64,000 nt of DNA. Source: Bacteroidota bacterium. Its GTDB lineage: Bacteria; Bacteroidota; Bacteroidia; CAILMK01; JACPUW01. The translations under genes and the position numbers were made by a program. Shown piece by piece: positions 28,485 to 38,961 of this stretch. The DNA lies in contig JACPUW010000035.1 in NCBI GenBank assembly GCA_016192035.1, forward strand, positions 52,323 through 116,322. The letters are read 5' to 3'. The notes below the pieces were generated by a model that did no database searches, was not told the origin of the DNA, and saw only the letters and a list, made by a program, of their open reading frames with translations. Numbering within the stretch: the stretch's first letter is position 1; every line of letters begins with the position of its first letter.

Positions 28485-30284
28485 CTATGCCTTTGCCTGC
28501 ACGTACTGTTCATTGTCATAATCCACTCCCTTGGCCAAGTCCTCATCGCTCACATGCTGAGGCAAATAATCAAGGGCCACCCCCGGCTTGCTGTATTCGT
28601 GGGGTCCCCTATATACGGTGGGTATGGGCCCTGTCCAGTTGCCGTGTCCGGGTTCAGCCACGGTCCATTCCAGTGAATTGGCCTTCCATGGGTTACGGCC
28701 AGCTTTTTCACCCCAGAATATACTCTTCACAAAGTTGTACAAGAAAATAAACTGCGCGGTGAAACCAATAATGGCCGCCACGGTAATAAACTTATTGAGG
28801 TCCACAAAACCGGCGGCAAAGTCAAATTCGGTAAATGCATAGTAGCGGCGCGGTACCCCGGCCAATCCAATAAAATGCTGCGGAAAGAACACACAATAGA
28901 CCGTGATAAAGGTGAGCCAGAAGTGCCACATGCCCAAACGCCTGTCCATGAGTCGTCCAAACATTTTGGGGAACCAGTGGTACACCCCTGAAAACATGCC
29001 AAAAATGGCCGATGCACCCATGACTATGTGGAAGTGGGCAACTACAAAATAGGTATTGTGTAGGGGTATGTCAATGGCGGCATTGCCTACGAACAAGCCG
29101 GTAAGCCCACCGCTGATAAACAGGGAGACGAGGCCAATGGCAAAGAGCATCCCGTTGGAAAACTGTATGTTGCCCCGCCATAGGGTGGCTAGGTAGTTAA
29201 AGGTTTTAACGGCCGATGGTATGGCAATGATGAGGGTAACAATCATGAAAACACTGCCCAAGAAGGGGTTCATGCCGGTAACGAACATATGGTGGCCCCA
29301 CACTAAGAAAGAAAGGCCAGATATGCCCACAAGCGATATGACCATGGCATGGTATCCAAAAATGGGCTTCCTGGCCATGGTAGAAATTACTTCGGAAGTA
29401 ATGCCAAAGGCGGGCATGATGATGATGTACACCTCAGGGTGACCCAAGAACCAGAACAGGTGCTGGAATAAGATGGGACTACCCCCCGTTTGTGCCGTAA
29501 GCGCCTCGCCCTGAAGGAATATATCCGATAGGTAAAAGGAGGTGCCAAAACTTCGGTCGAATATGAGGAGCAGCGCTGCCGAAAGGAGTACCGGAAAGGA
29601 CAATACCCCTACAATGGCCGTAAGGAAGAAGCCCCAAATGGTTAGGGGTAACTTGTTAAACGACATTCCTTTGGTTCGAAGATTGAGCACCGTGGAAATG
29701 TAGTTGAGCGAGCCCATGAGCGAAGAAGCGATAAACAGCGCCATGGAAACCAGCCAGAGGGTCATGCCAAGTCCTGAACCGGGCAGGGCCTTGGGCAAGG
29801 CGCTCAAGGGCGGATAGATGGTCCATCCTGCCGAAGCCGGCCCCGATTCAATAAACAGCGATGCCAACATGATGACGGTGGAAAGAAAAAATATCCAGTA
29901 TGACAGCATGTTCAAGAAAGGCGATGCCATGTCGCGTGCCCCAATCTGCAAGGGAATGAGTAGGTTGCTAAATGTGCCGCTCAGTCCGGCCGTGAGTACA
30001 AAAAACACCAGGATGGTGCCGTGCATGGTAACCAGTGCCAGGTACTTATCAGGGGCCAATACAAAGGCTTCCCCATTGTCGGCCAGGTAATTGCCAAAGG
30101 TGCCCTTTAGAAAACTCATGTCCATGCCGTCCCAGCCCAACTGGAGGCGGAATATCACCGACAACAAACCGCCTACAAAACCCATGAAGATACCCGTGAT
30201 GAGGTATTGTTTGGCTATGGTCTTGTGGTCTTGGCTAAAGATGTACTTGCTTATAAAGCTCTCTGTATGTCCGTGGGCGCTCAT
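28485..30284 (-). CDS. ctaD: Cytochrome c oxidase subunit I
   Basis: 599 aa. GHPEVYIIIMP, HHMFVTG, VVAHFHIVMG heme-copper ligands. Confidence 0.95.
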   Translation of the reverse strand: MSAHGHTESFISKYIFSQDHKTIAKQYLITGIFMGFVGGLLSVIFRLQLGWDGMDMSFLKGTFGNYLADNGEAFVLAPDKYLALVTMHGTILVFFVLTAGLSGTFSNLLIPLQIGARDMASPFLNMLSYWIFFLSTVIMLASLFIESGPASAGWTIYPPLSALPKALPGSGLGMTLWLVSMALFIASSLMGSLNYISTVLNLRTKGMSFNKLPLTIWGFFLTAIVGVLSFPVLLSAALLLIFDRSFGTSFYLSDIFLQGEALTAQTGGSPILFQHLFWFLGHPEVYIIIMPAFGITSEVISTMARKPIFGYHAMVISLVGISGLSFLVWGHHMFVTGMNPFLGSVFMIVTLIIAIPSAVKTFNYLATLWRGNIQFSNGMLFAIGLVSLFISGGLTGLFVGNAAIDIPLHNTYFVVAHFHIVMGASAIFGMFSGVYHWFPKMFGRLMDRRLGMWHFWLTFITVYCVFFPQHFIGLAGVPRRYYAFTEFDFAAGFVDLNKFITVAAIIGFTAQFIFLYNFVKSIFWGEKAGRNPWKANSLEWTVAEPGHGNWTGPIPTVYRGPHEYSKPGVALDYLPQHVSDEDLAKGVDYDNEQYVQAKA

Positions 30285-30294
30285 GTACTCTTAA

Positions 30295-31584
30295 TTATTT
30301 GGTTGCTGTGTTCGTGTGTTTCATGGTCAGTTTGGCCGGGGCTGGAAACTCCATGCCTGCCATGGCGGGCGTTTCGCTGCCAAGCAAGGACAGGTACTCC
30401 GTCTCTTCCACCACTATGATTTCCCGGCGCATGGCGTAGTGTGATACACCGCATATCTGGTTGCAGGCCAGCTCAAAGTTGAAGTCGGGTTTGTTGATCT
30501 TTTCGCGGTATTCTTCCGTGGTATAGAGTGGCTCCAGCGAAAATTGGGTAGGGGTGCCGGGCACGCAGTACATCTGCGCCCTAAAGTGGGGCAGTAGGGC
30601 GGCGTGCAGCACGTCGCGCGAACGCATGTGCAGTTTTACCATTTTACCTTTTGGCATGATGAGCTCATCTTTTATGATGTCATCCGCGCCTGCGGGGTCG
30701 TTGGCATCCAGGCCCACCGGATTTGGATTGCCATTGGGTAGTGTCTGGTCGGTGAACCGGTAGTCGGTGCGGCCAAATTTCCCATCAGGGCCAGGGTATC
30801 TGAATTTCCACCCAAATTGATAGGCATATAGCTCTATTTCATGTGAATCTGCACGCTCGGCATTGGTCATGGTCACATTAACCCATATCTTGAAACCATA
30901 CATAATCATGATGGTCAATCCGGCAGCGGGTATGGTGGTCCACACCACTTCCAGCACATTGTTTTTGGGGTGATAGGCTGCCCTGCGCCCTGGGCTGTAC
31001 TGATAGCGATAGGAGAAGTAAAACAGTAAAAACTGGGTAACAATAAATACAAATCCGGTGATTGCCGTGGTTGTCCACATGATAAAGTCTATTTCTATGC
31101 CGTGGGCAGAGGCCGACTCGGGTAGGATAAACTTCTTGTGAATGGCTATTTCATAGGCTATGGCACCAAAGAAAACAAACACAAAGCCAAATAATAGGTT
31201 GGCGTTAAGCTTGTTGTAGTCTTCTTTCTCCGCTTTGCCCTGCAAAAGGCGCAGTGTGGAGAGGATTTGTCCGGTAATCACCAAAAGCACAATGAGTAGC
31301 AGGACCACTAGGCCTAAAAGAAGGTTATACGTGGATTTGCCATCGTTGTTTTTGGCTATTTCAGACGGGGTGAGCTGCTGGTCAAGTGAATACTGAACCA
31401 TGCGCTTGTTTTCCAAGCCCACAATTTGGTGGGCTGAAGCCCAGGCGGGGTCTTGACCCGTTTCCACTGCGGTTGGCCTCTCTTGGTGCTGGAGGGCATG
31501 TTCGGCCTTTAGGGTGCCTGAAACCAGCATCATGGCCACTGCACAGAGGGTAAACCATGCATGCAATACTCCTTTATTTCTCAT
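30295..31584 (-). CDS. Cytochrome c oxidase subunit II with long N-terminal extension
   Basis: CuA site (ELACNQICGVSHYAM). 429 aa with signal peptide. Confidence 0.85.
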   Translation of the reverse strand: MRNKGVLHAWFTLCAVAMMLVSGTLKAEHALQHQERPTAVETGQDPAWASAHQIVGLENKRMVQYSLDQQLTPSEIAKNNDGKSTYNLLLGLVVLLLIVLLVITGQILSTLRLLQGKAEKEDYNKLNANLLFGFVFVFFGAIAYEIAIHKKFILPESASAHGIEIDFIMWTTTAITGFVFIVTQFLLFYFSYRYQYSPGRRAAYHPKNNVLEVVWTTIPAAGLTIMIMYGFKIWVNVTMTNAERADSHEIELYAYQFGWKFRYPGPDGKFGRTDYRFTDQTLPNGNPNPVGLDANDPAGADDIIKDELIMPKGKMVKLHMRSRDVLHAALLPHFRAQMYCVPGTPTQFSLEPLYTTEEYREKINKPDFNFELACNQICGVSHYAMRREIIVVEETEYLSLLGSETPAMAGMEFPAPAKLTMKHTNTATK

Positions 31585-31682
31585 GTATTCAAAGGGTTTT
31601 AATACCTATTGCAAATAAATACTTGTAAAAAAATCCAAAAACCTGGTTGCGAAAATAAAGTGCGGGTGATAAATGCGTGTTG

Positions 31683-32294
31683 CTACAAGTTTTTGAATTG
31701 TTCCATCCGTATTTCCTCCTTGGCATGTAGGTATTCCGCCGGGTCGTTAGAAGCTATTACCACTGCGCTGTCGGGCGACACTTTCGATACGTGATGGTTA
31801 AACCATGCATAGCCGGCTTGGTCCAGGTGTGCACAGGGTTCGTCAAAGAGGTGGGCCTTAAGTTGAAAGAATAAGTTAAGCGAAAGTTTGACACGCTGTT
31901 TCATGCCTGATGAATACTCTTTCACCGCTATATGTGCTACCCTATCCAGCCCGCAGGCCCCTGGTATAAGGTGCAGGGCCATGCCGGGTTTTTTGAAATG
32001 GGCGTGAAAACGCAACAATTCGCTGAATGTAAACTCCTCAGGTATGTCAATATAGGGAGCGGTAAAGCCTACATACCTATAGAAGTGGTCCCTGGAAACC
32101 CTGCCTTGAAGGTAACTAACCTGTCCTTCATCACAGTCCATTTGTCCAGAGAGTACCCGCAGCAAGGTGGACTTGCCGCTGCCGTTGTTGCCCAGCACGG
32201 CGGTGAAGGTATTGGGCTGAAATACATGGCTTAGCTTGGTAAATACGGTATTGCGGCCAAACTTTTTGCCCGTATGTTCAGCGGTTATTATCAT
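31683..32294 (-). CDS. ABC transporter ATP-binding protein (short, no fused permease)
   Basis: Walker A GNNGSGKST, signature YSSGMKQR, Walker B HLFDEP. Confidence 0.75.
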   Translation of the reverse strand: MIITAEHTGKKFGRNTVFTKLSHVFQPNTFTAVLGNNGSGKSTLLRVLSGQMDCDEGQVSYLQGRVSRDHFYRYVGFTAPYIDIPEEFTFSELLRFHAHFKKPGMALHLIPGACGLDRVAHIAVKEYSSGMKQRVKLSLNLFFQLKAHLFDEPCAHLDQAGYAWFNHHVSKVSPDSAVVIASNDPAEYLHAKEEIRMEQFKNL

Positions 32295-33075
32295 GTCTGG
32301 ATTTAAAACCCCGCATCAAGCCCCTGGTCGATTTGCCCACAAACTGGAGTATCTCATCTTTTTCGGCCGAGGCGGGCAATTCACACTCAATAAAATCAAG
32401 GGCCTGGCTGGTGTTATACGGTTTTACAAAAAGTACCCGGTATATGTCTTGTATGCGGTTGATTTGCTCATTGGTAAAATTCCGTCGCCTTAGGCCTATG
32501 CTATTGGTGCCCACATACGATAGGGGAAATCTGGCTGCCTTGACATAAGGAGGCACGTCTTTGTTTACCAATGAACCACCCGCCAAAAAGGCATGGCTGC
32601 CCACCTTGACAAACTGGTGTATGGCGGTCATGCCCCCAAGTATGGCATAATCGCCTATTTCTATGTGTCCGGCCAGGGTGGCGTTGTTGGCCAATATACA
32701 GTGGTCGCCTATGATGCAGTCATGGGCCACGTGTACGTAAGCCATTAACAGGCAGTTGCTTCCCACCACTGTCTTATGGCTGTAGCGGGTGCCACGGTTC
32801 ACCGTAACGTATTCTCTAATAATGGTGTTGTCGCCAATTTCCACTATGGAGTTTTCATCGCTGAATTTAAGGTCTTGAGGCACGGCGGCGATCACCGCAC
32901 CGGGATAGATCTTGCAGTTTTTACCTATACGGGCACCACCCATGATGGTGACATGCGGGCCTATCCAAGTACCTTCTTCTATCTCCACGTCCTTGTCAAT
33001 GGTAACAAAAGGCTCAATGACCACGTTTTGGGCAATCTTGGCCTGTGGATGTACGTAGGCTAATGGTTGGTGCAT
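32278..33075 (-). CDS. lpxA: Acyl-ACP--UDP-GlcNAc O-acyltransferase
   Basis: Hexapeptide-repeat LbH protein of 265 aa. N-terminus MHQPLAYVHPQAKIAQNVVIEPFVTI. Confidence 0.9.
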   Translation of the reverse strand: MHQPLAYVHPQAKIAQNVVIEPFVTIDKDVEIEEGTWIGPHVTIMGGARIGKNCKIYPGAVIAAVPQDLKFSDENSIVEIGDNTIIREYVTVNRGTRYSHKTVVGSNCLLMAYVHVAHDCIIGDHCILANNATLAGHIEIGDYAILGGMTAIHQFVKVGSHAFLAGGSLVNKDVPPYVKAARFPLSYVGTNSIGLRRRNFTNEQINRIQDIYRVLFVKPYNTSQALDFIECELPASAEKDEILQFVGKSTRGLMRGFKSRHDNNR

Positions 33076-33078
33076 GGG

Positions 33079-34476
33079 TTATGATCTTTTTATAACGGCT
33101 GCCACCAAATCGGCTTCGCTTACCAAACGGTTGCCCACAAACACCTGGCAGTGCATGGAGCAGATGCCGCGCCGCACCGGCTGGGTCAGTTCCGCCTTGA
33201 TGATTAATGTATCACCGGGCACCACCTTGTCCTTGAACTTGCAATTGTCAATTTTCATAAAGTAGGTGTCATAGTTCTGTGGGTCGTCCACATTGCTTAG
33301 GATAAGTACGCCCCCGGTCTGTGCCATGGTTTCTAGCTGCATTACCCCGGGCAGCACGGGATTGCCAGGAAAATGCCCTCTGAAAAATGGTTGGTCAATA
33401 GTGACATTCTTGATGCCTACAATATGATTTTCACTAAGTTCAACCACCTTGTCCACCAGTATAAAGGGATCGGTATGCGGCAGTAGCCGGGCTATGTCCT
33501 GGTGGGTAAAAACCGGGGTCTTGTTGGGGTCGTACTTGGGTACCGGTGGGTTTTTCTTCTGTGCTAGCCACACTTGTTTGAGCTTCTTGGCAAATTCTAT
33601 ATTGCTTAGGTGTCCTGGCCGGGCGGCCATTACGTGCCCTTTGATAGGGGCGCCCAGCAAGGCCAAATCACCCACTAAGTCCAAGAGTTTGTGCCTGGCC
33701 GGTTCATTGGGGTAGCGCAGTTCCACATTGTTGAGAATGCCTTCTGATTTTACCGCTACTGTTTTGCGGTTCAATAGTTTGGCTAATTCATTGAGCGCGT
33801 CTTCGCTCATGGTTTTGTCCACTATCACTATGGCGTTTTCCAGGGAACCTCCTTTTATCAGATTGGCCTTGGAGAGTGCTTCCAATTCATGCAAAAAACA
33901 AAATGTCCGGCTGGCAGCAATTTCGTTTTCAAAAAGGGCTAACTTGTTGAGAGAGGCATGTTGGCTGCCAAGCACGGGCGAATTGTAATCTACCATCACC
34001 GTGTACCTGGTGCCTTCTGCAAAGGGCATGGCCACCATATCCACCTTGCGATCAAGGTGGTGGTAGGTTTGGTTTTCTTCTATCACTAGATATTGACGGT
34101 CAGCAGCTTGTTCCAATATACCGGCCTCCTTGATGGCATACACAAACGGCATGGCGCTGCCATCCATGATAGGAATTTCAGGGGAGTCTATGTCTATCAA
34201 CACATTGTCAACCTCCAAACCAGCAAGTGCGGCAAGTAGATGCTCCACGGTGCCTACGCGTACCCCGTTTTTTTCCAGGGTGGTACCCCGTTCCACTTCC
34301 ACCACCAAGTCCACATCGGCAGGTATTATCGGTTGTCCTTCCAGATCGGTCCTCCTGAATTTATAGCCATGGCCTACATCGGTGGGATGGAGTACCACAG
34401 TGGCTGTTCTGCCCGTATGTAGCCCAGTGCCCGTGAGGCTTACCGCCTTTTTCAATGTTGTTTGCCTACTGCTCAT
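33079..34476 (-). CDS. lpxC-fabZ: Bifunctional UDP-3-O-acyl-GlcNAc deacetylase / 3-hydroxyacyl-ACP dehydratase
   Basis: N-terminal LpxC (TLKKAVSLTGTGLHTG...HKLLDLVGDL), C-terminal FabZ hot-dog (FFRGHFPGNPVLPGVMQLETMAQTGG). Confidence 0.9.
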   Translation of the reverse strand: MSSRQTTLKKAVSLTGTGLHTGRTATVVLHPTDVGHGYKFRRTDLEGQPIIPADVDLVVEVERGTTLEKNGVRVGTVEHLLAALAGLEVDNVLIDIDSPEIPIMDGSAMPFVYAIKEAGILEQAADRQYLVIEENQTYHHLDRKVDMVAMPFAEGTRYTVMVDYNSPVLGSQHASLNKLALFENEIAASRTFCFLHELEALSKANLIKGGSLENAIVIVDKTMSEDALNELAKLLNRKTVAVKSEGILNNVELRYPNEPARHKLLDLVGDLALLGAPIKGHVMAARPGHLSNIEFAKKLKQVWLAQKKNPPVPKYDPNKTPVFTHQDIARLLPHTDPFILVDKVVELSENHIVGIKNVTIDQPFFRGHFPGNPVLPGVMQLETMAQTGGVLILSNVDDPQNYDTYFMKIDNCKFKDKVVPGDTLIIKAELTQPVRRGICSMHCQVFVGNRLVSEADLVAAVIKRS

Positions 34477-34497
34477 AGAAAAATGTAAGGGTTTGAT

Positions 34498-35526
34498 TTA
34501 TTGGTTGCCGTGTTTAATTGATAAGGTATGTATTTGTTCAAACAATAGAGGCAGCTGTTTGATAAGTGCCTGAATTTTAAGGTTTTTTTTGTGTTCCATA
34601 AGCGGCACGCCGCTCCAGTCCTTGCCGGGCTGGGCCAGGCTCTTGCCCACCCCCGCCCGCGCACCTATACGGGTATTGTTGGCTATGCTGATGTGGCCAA
34701 CCAATCCGGCCTGTCCGCCTATCACGCACTGTTCGCCCACCTTTGTGCTGCCTGAAATGCCCGCTTGGGCCACTATGGCCGTGTTGCGCCCTATCTCCAC
34801 ATTGTGGGCTATCATCACCAGATTGTCAATCTTTGCCCCATCACCTATTTTGGTGCTTGCCAGGGCCGCCCGGTCTATGGTGCTATTGGCACCTATCTCC
34901 ACGTGGTCGCCTATCACCACATTGCCCAGTTGGGGTATCTTGTCATATCCCCCCTGGCTGTTGGGGGCAAACCCAAAACCATCGGCACCGATCACGGCGC
35001 CCGAGTGCACCACGCAGTGGCTGCCAAGCTGGACCCCAGGATAGCACCTGGCACCGGGATACAATATGGTATGGCTGCCTATCCGGGTGTGTTCGCCCAC
35101 ATAGCAATGAGGGTACACCTTAACCCCATTGGCCAACACGGCCCCATCGCCCACATACGCAAATGCACCTATATAAACATCCTCACCTACCTGGGCACTG
35201 GCCGATACGTATGTCATGGGCTCTATACCTACCTTGTGCGGTTTGCTTAGGCGTTCCATGTGCTGCATGAGCTGGGCAAGCGATTGATATACATCATGGA
35301 GCCTAATGATAGTGGCCTTGGTATGGCATGAGTCAACCCCATGTGCCAACAGCACCACCGAAGCGGCGGTGGTGGCCAGGTACTTCTCATATTTGGGATT
35401 GGATACAAAGCTCAGGTCGCCAGGCCCTGCCGACTCTATGGGAGCCAGCTTGGTCACTTTCACCTCGGGGTCGCCCTCCAATATTCCCGCCAATAGCGCA
35501 CACAGGGCTTCCGCCGATATCTCCAT
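34498..35526 (-). CDS. lpxD: UDP-3-O-acylglucosamine N-acyltransferase
   Basis: LbH hexapeptide repeats (GAVLANGVKVYPHCYVGEHTRIGSHTIL...). The ORF extends to 35559. Confidence 0.9.
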   Translation of the reverse strand: MEISAEALCALLAGILEGDPEVKVTKLAPIESAGPGDLSFVSNPKYEKYLATTAASVVLLAHGVDSCHTKATIIRLHDVYQSLAQLMQHMERLSKPHKVGIEPMTYVSASAQVGEDVYIGAFAYVGDGAVLANGVKVYPHCYVGEHTRIGSHTILYPGARCYPGVQLGSHCVVHSGAVIGADGFGFAPNSQGGYDKIPQLGNVVIGDHVEIGANSTIDRAALASTKIGDGAKIDNLVMIAHNVEIGRNTAIVAQAGISGSTKVGEQCVIGGQAGLVGHISIANNTRIGARAGVGKSLAQPGKDWSGVPLMEHKKNLKIQALIKQLPLLFEQIHTLSIKHGNQ

Positions 35527-35528
35527 GA

Positions 35529-36758
35529 TTAATGGATACTTAAATTTTTGGGGTGGCAAATGTAATGTTTCTGCACCGCCTTAGTAAGTATGTTAAGGTC
35601 ATATTGTTGACTTACATCGGCAAAGTCCAGCAATTGCCCGTCTTTCATCAAGATTTTTATGCCCTCTTTTTCGCGGTGGTAGGTGGTATTGCCTACCTCA
35701 CCGCTAAGCACCAAGTGGGGCCATAGTTCTGCGGGCCATTGGTTGCCAAGGGCCACAGCCTGCCGCACCTTATCCAATAATGCGTGGTCCATAGGGCCGT
35801 TGCGCAGGTGTACCTTTAGCAATTTTCTGTTTACCAGCATGTCACAGAGCGTGGATAATACCGGGTCAGGATGGCCCATCCAAATTTTGCAGGCCATAAG
35901 TATGTCATGGTCATCCATTAGGGCAAACCGGTTTAGCACCTCCGGGTTTTCCAATTCTTCCATTTGAATACCCCTTAGAAATTGGTGTAGCACCGGGGTG
36001 GTGTCCAATCCTTCCCCATTGTTAGCCAAATACATGGCGCGTTGCACGATGTACACCAGTAGTTTCTCTGCCCCCAGCACCGTTTTGTGAAGATATACCT
36101 GCCAGTACATTAAGTTTCTGGCCAGCAAGAACTTTTCTATGGAGTAAATGCCCTTTTCATCAATCACCAATTCGCCGTTGGCCACATTCATCATTTTAAT
36201 AATGCGGTCTGACCCCACCACGCCCTCTGACACGCCGGTATAAAAACTGTCGCGGCGCAAGTAATCCAGCCTGTCCACGTCCAATTGACCAGAGACCAAT
36301 TGGCAGAGGTACTTTTTGTGGTAGAGGCCGCAAAAAATTTCAATGGCCATCTCCAGGCCGCCCCCTAGTTCCCGGTTTAAGTGACGCATAAAGTGGAGTG
36401 AAATTTCTTCGTGCGGGCCACCGGTGACCAATACCCCTTCGAGGGCATGGGAAAAGGGCCCGTGGCCCATGTCGTGCATCAACACGGCAAGAAGCGCCGC
36501 CTCTGATTCGTCATCGCTTATTACTACCCCTTTTAAGCGCAGGCTATCAATGGCTTCGGTCATGAGGTGTACCGCGCCTATGGTGTGGTGAAACCGCGAA
36601 TGGTGCGCCCCGGGATATACCAAATCCGTAAGTCCCAGCTGCTTTATCCTGCGCAGGCGCTGAAAATACCGGTGTTCTATGATGCGGAATACCCGGTGGA
36701 CCGGAATGCGGACAAAGCCATAGACAGGGTCATTGAAAATCTTAATTTTGCCCAGCAT
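35529..36758 (-). CDS. HD-domain phosphohydrolase (dGTPase-like)
   Basis: HSRFHHTIGAVHL and LLAVLMHDMGHGPFSH are the HD motifs. Confidence 0.75.
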   Translation of the reverse strand: MLGKIKIFNDPVYGFVRIPVHRVFRIIEHRYFQRLRRIKQLGLTDLVYPGAHHSRFHHTIGAVHLMTEAIDSLRLKGVVISDDESEAALLAVLMHDMGHGPFSHALEGVLVTGGPHEEISLHFMRHLNRELGGGLEMAIEIFCGLYHKKYLCQLVSGQLDVDRLDYLRRDSFYTGVSEGVVGSDRIIKMMNVANGELVIDEKGIYSIEKFLLARNLMYWQVYLHKTVLGAEKLLVYIVQRAMYLANNGEGLDTTPVLHQFLRGIQMEELENPEVLNRFALMDDHDILMACKIWMGHPDPVLSTLCDMLVNRKLLKVHLRNGPMDHALLDKVRQAVALGNQWPAELWPHLVLSGEVGNTTYHREKEGIKILMKDGQLLDFADVSQQYDLNILTKAVQKHYICHPKNLSIH

Positions 36759-36841
36759 GTACTATTTATGGCGGTTGGGGGTTAGAGCGTCCCAATCCTT
36801 GGGCAAAGAAACACCAACCACCAACGCTTGAACCCTATTTT

Positions 36842-38398
36842 ATGCGAAAAATAAAGCTGCTCTGGGCCGATGATGAAATCGACCTCCTCAAACCCCATGT
36901 GATGCTCCTGGAACAAAAGGGCTATCATGTGGATACCGCCCTTAGCGGGGCAGATGCCATTGATTTGGTGGCCAAAACACACTATGACGTGGTTTTTCTG
37001 GATGAAAACATGCCTGGGCTCACCGGTCTGGAAACCCTGGTGGAAATAAAACGGGGAAAACCCAACCTGCCCGTGGTGATGATTACCAAGAGTGAAGAAG
37101 AGTACTTAATGGATGACGCCATTGGTTCACAAATAAGCGATTACCTTATTAAGCCGGTCAATCCCAAACAGATACTTCTGTCACTTAAGAAAATTATGGA
37201 CAGTGGCCGGCTGGTGAGCGAAAAGGTGACCAGCAACTACCGGAAGGATTTCATGGAGCTGAGCATGAAGGTAAACGAATCTATGGATGCCGAAGCATGG
37301 AAAGTACTGTATAAAGAATTGGTGTACTGGGAGCTGGAACTGAGCAAGGTAGGAGAGGAAGGGATGCACGAAATCTTCCTTGGCCAAAAAGTAGAGGCCA
37401 ACAGCAATTTTGCCCGGTTTGTGGGGAGCCAATACCCAAAGTGGGTGCAGGACCCCGATAAGGCTCCTGTCATGTCGTTCAACCTTATGGCCAAAAAAGT
37501 GGCACCCCTGCTTAAACAAGACATTACTACCGTGCTGTTGGTGATAGACAACCTGCGCCTGGACCAATGGAAGTTTTTGGAGCCCCTACTGCTTGATTAC
37601 TATACCGTGCAGGCCGAAGACCTGTACTATTCCATATTGCCCACGGCCACCCAATACGCGCGCAATGCCCTGTTTGCCGGGCTAATGCCCCTCGATATAC
37701 AAAGCCGTTTTGGCCGAAAATGGCTCAGTGACGATGAAGAAGGGGGAAAGAACCAATATGAGGAAGACTTCCTGGCCGACCTGCTCCAGCGCCTGCGCCT
37801 GGACAAGCGCATGGCCTACCGCAAGGTGCTGCGCCTAGATGCCGGGAGGGAACTGGTGGACAACGCCAAGAACTTGGTGAAAAACAATGATTTCGTGGTA
37901 GTGGTCTATAACTTTATCGACATGCTCTCACATGCCCGCACCGATATGGAGGTAATCAAAGAACTGGCCGAAGACGAAGCCGCCTATCGCTCGCTCACAC
38001 GTTCTTGGTTTGAGCATTCGCCCCTTAGGGAATTTCTGCAAATGATTGCTTCCCTGCCCATTAATTTGCTCATTACCACCGACCACGGTTCTATAAGGGT
38101 AAAGAAACCCGTGCAGGTGATAGGCGATAAGAACACCAGTACCAACCTGAGGTACAAGCATGGGCGAAACCTGAGCTATGATGCAAGGGAAGTGATAGAA
38201 TTCAAGCAGCCCGACAAGGTGAAGCTCCCCAAGAGCAATATCAGCAGTTCATACATAGTGTGCCGGCCCGACGATTTTTTTGTGTATCCCAACAACCAGA
38301 ACTATTTTGTGAATTTCTATAAAAACACTTTCCAACACGGCGGTGTAAGCCTGGAGGAAATGCTCATTCCTTTTATACAATTAAAACCCAAGGCATGA
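36842..38398 (+). CDS. porX: PorX-type response regulator: CheY receiver + PglZ (alkaline-phosphatase-like) domain
   Basis: Receiver (LLWADDEIDLL...VVFLDENMPGLTG...LIKP), then a C-terminal PglZ domain. 518 aa. Confidence 0.75.
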   Translation: MRKIKLLWADDEIDLLKPHVMLLEQKGYHVDTALSGADAIDLVAKTHYDVVFLDENMPGLTGLETLVEIKRGKPNLPVVMITKSEEEYLMDDAIGSQISDYLIKPVNPKQILLSLKKIMDSGRLVSEKVTSNYRKDFMELSMKVNESMDAEAWKVLYKELVYWELELSKVGEEGMHEIFLGQKVEANSNFARFVGSQYPKWVQDPDKAPVMSFNLMAKKVAPLLKQDITTVLLVIDNLRLDQWKFLEPLLLDYYTVQAEDLYYSILPTATQYARNALFAGLMPLDIQSRFGRKWLSDDEEGGKNQYEEDFLADLLQRLRLDKRMAYRKVLRLDAGRELVDNAKNLVKNNDFVVVVYNFIDMLSHARTDMEVIKELAEDEAAYRSLTRSWFEHSPLREFLQMIASLPINLLITTDHGSIRVKKPVQVIGDKNTSTNLRYKHGRNLSYDAREVIEFKQPDKVKLPKSNISSSYIVCRPDDFFVYPNNQNYFVNFYKNTFQHGGVSLEEMLIPFIQLKPKA

Positions 38399-38829
38399 AC
38401 GGGTATTTGGAAATGACCTATCAATTGCCTCAGATACAAGAAGCTGCGCAGTGGCTCCTGCCCCATTTGGGCCGCCATCCCCATGTGGCTTTTTCAGGAG
38501 AAGTAGGTGCGGGAAAAACCACCCTAATAAAAGCCCTGGCGGCTGCCATGGGCTATGAGGGCCTGGTAGATAGCCCCACTTTTGCCCTGGTTAGCGACTA
38601 CGACCTGCCCCGCGCCACCATACACCATATAGACCTGTACCGCGTGAAAAGCTATGCCGAACTGCTGGACCTGGGCTGGGAGGAATACCTGGAAACCGGC
38701 AACCATGTATGGGTGGAATGGCCAGAAACCGTGCCAGAAGCATTTCACGAAGGATTTGTGCGGGTAGGACTGCACCTGAACCATGACACAGAAGGCCGGC
38801 GGCTAACCGTGGCACTACCCAGCATTTGA
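38395..38829 (+). CDS. tsaE: tRNA threonylcarbamoyladenosine biosynthesis ATPase TsaE
   Basis: P-loop GEVGAGKTT, DSPTFAL, IHHIDLYR. ATGA overlap with the porX stop. Confidence 0.8.
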   Translation: MNGYLEMTYQLPQIQEAAQWLLPHLGRHPHVAFSGEVGAGKTTLIKALAAAMGYEGLVDSPTFALVSDYDLPRATIHHIDLYRVKSYAELLDLGWEEYLETGNHVWVEWPETVPEAFHEGFVRVGLHLNHDTEGRRLTVALPSI

Positions 38830-38961
38830 CCTCGGGTTTGCCCTGGCTGTGGTGGTCTTGAGATTATATTTGGCATCAGAACAAAAAGGCAGTACGTGTC
38901 GGGACAAAGATCCGGATTTTCCGAATTGGCCAAGAAGGCCATACTCCAACCTCAGGAGCAA

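Noticed and set aside
28475-30294. Multiple 60-100 aa plus-strand ORFs inside ctaD and coxII
   Set aside because: They are antisense to strongly supported cytochrome oxidase genes.
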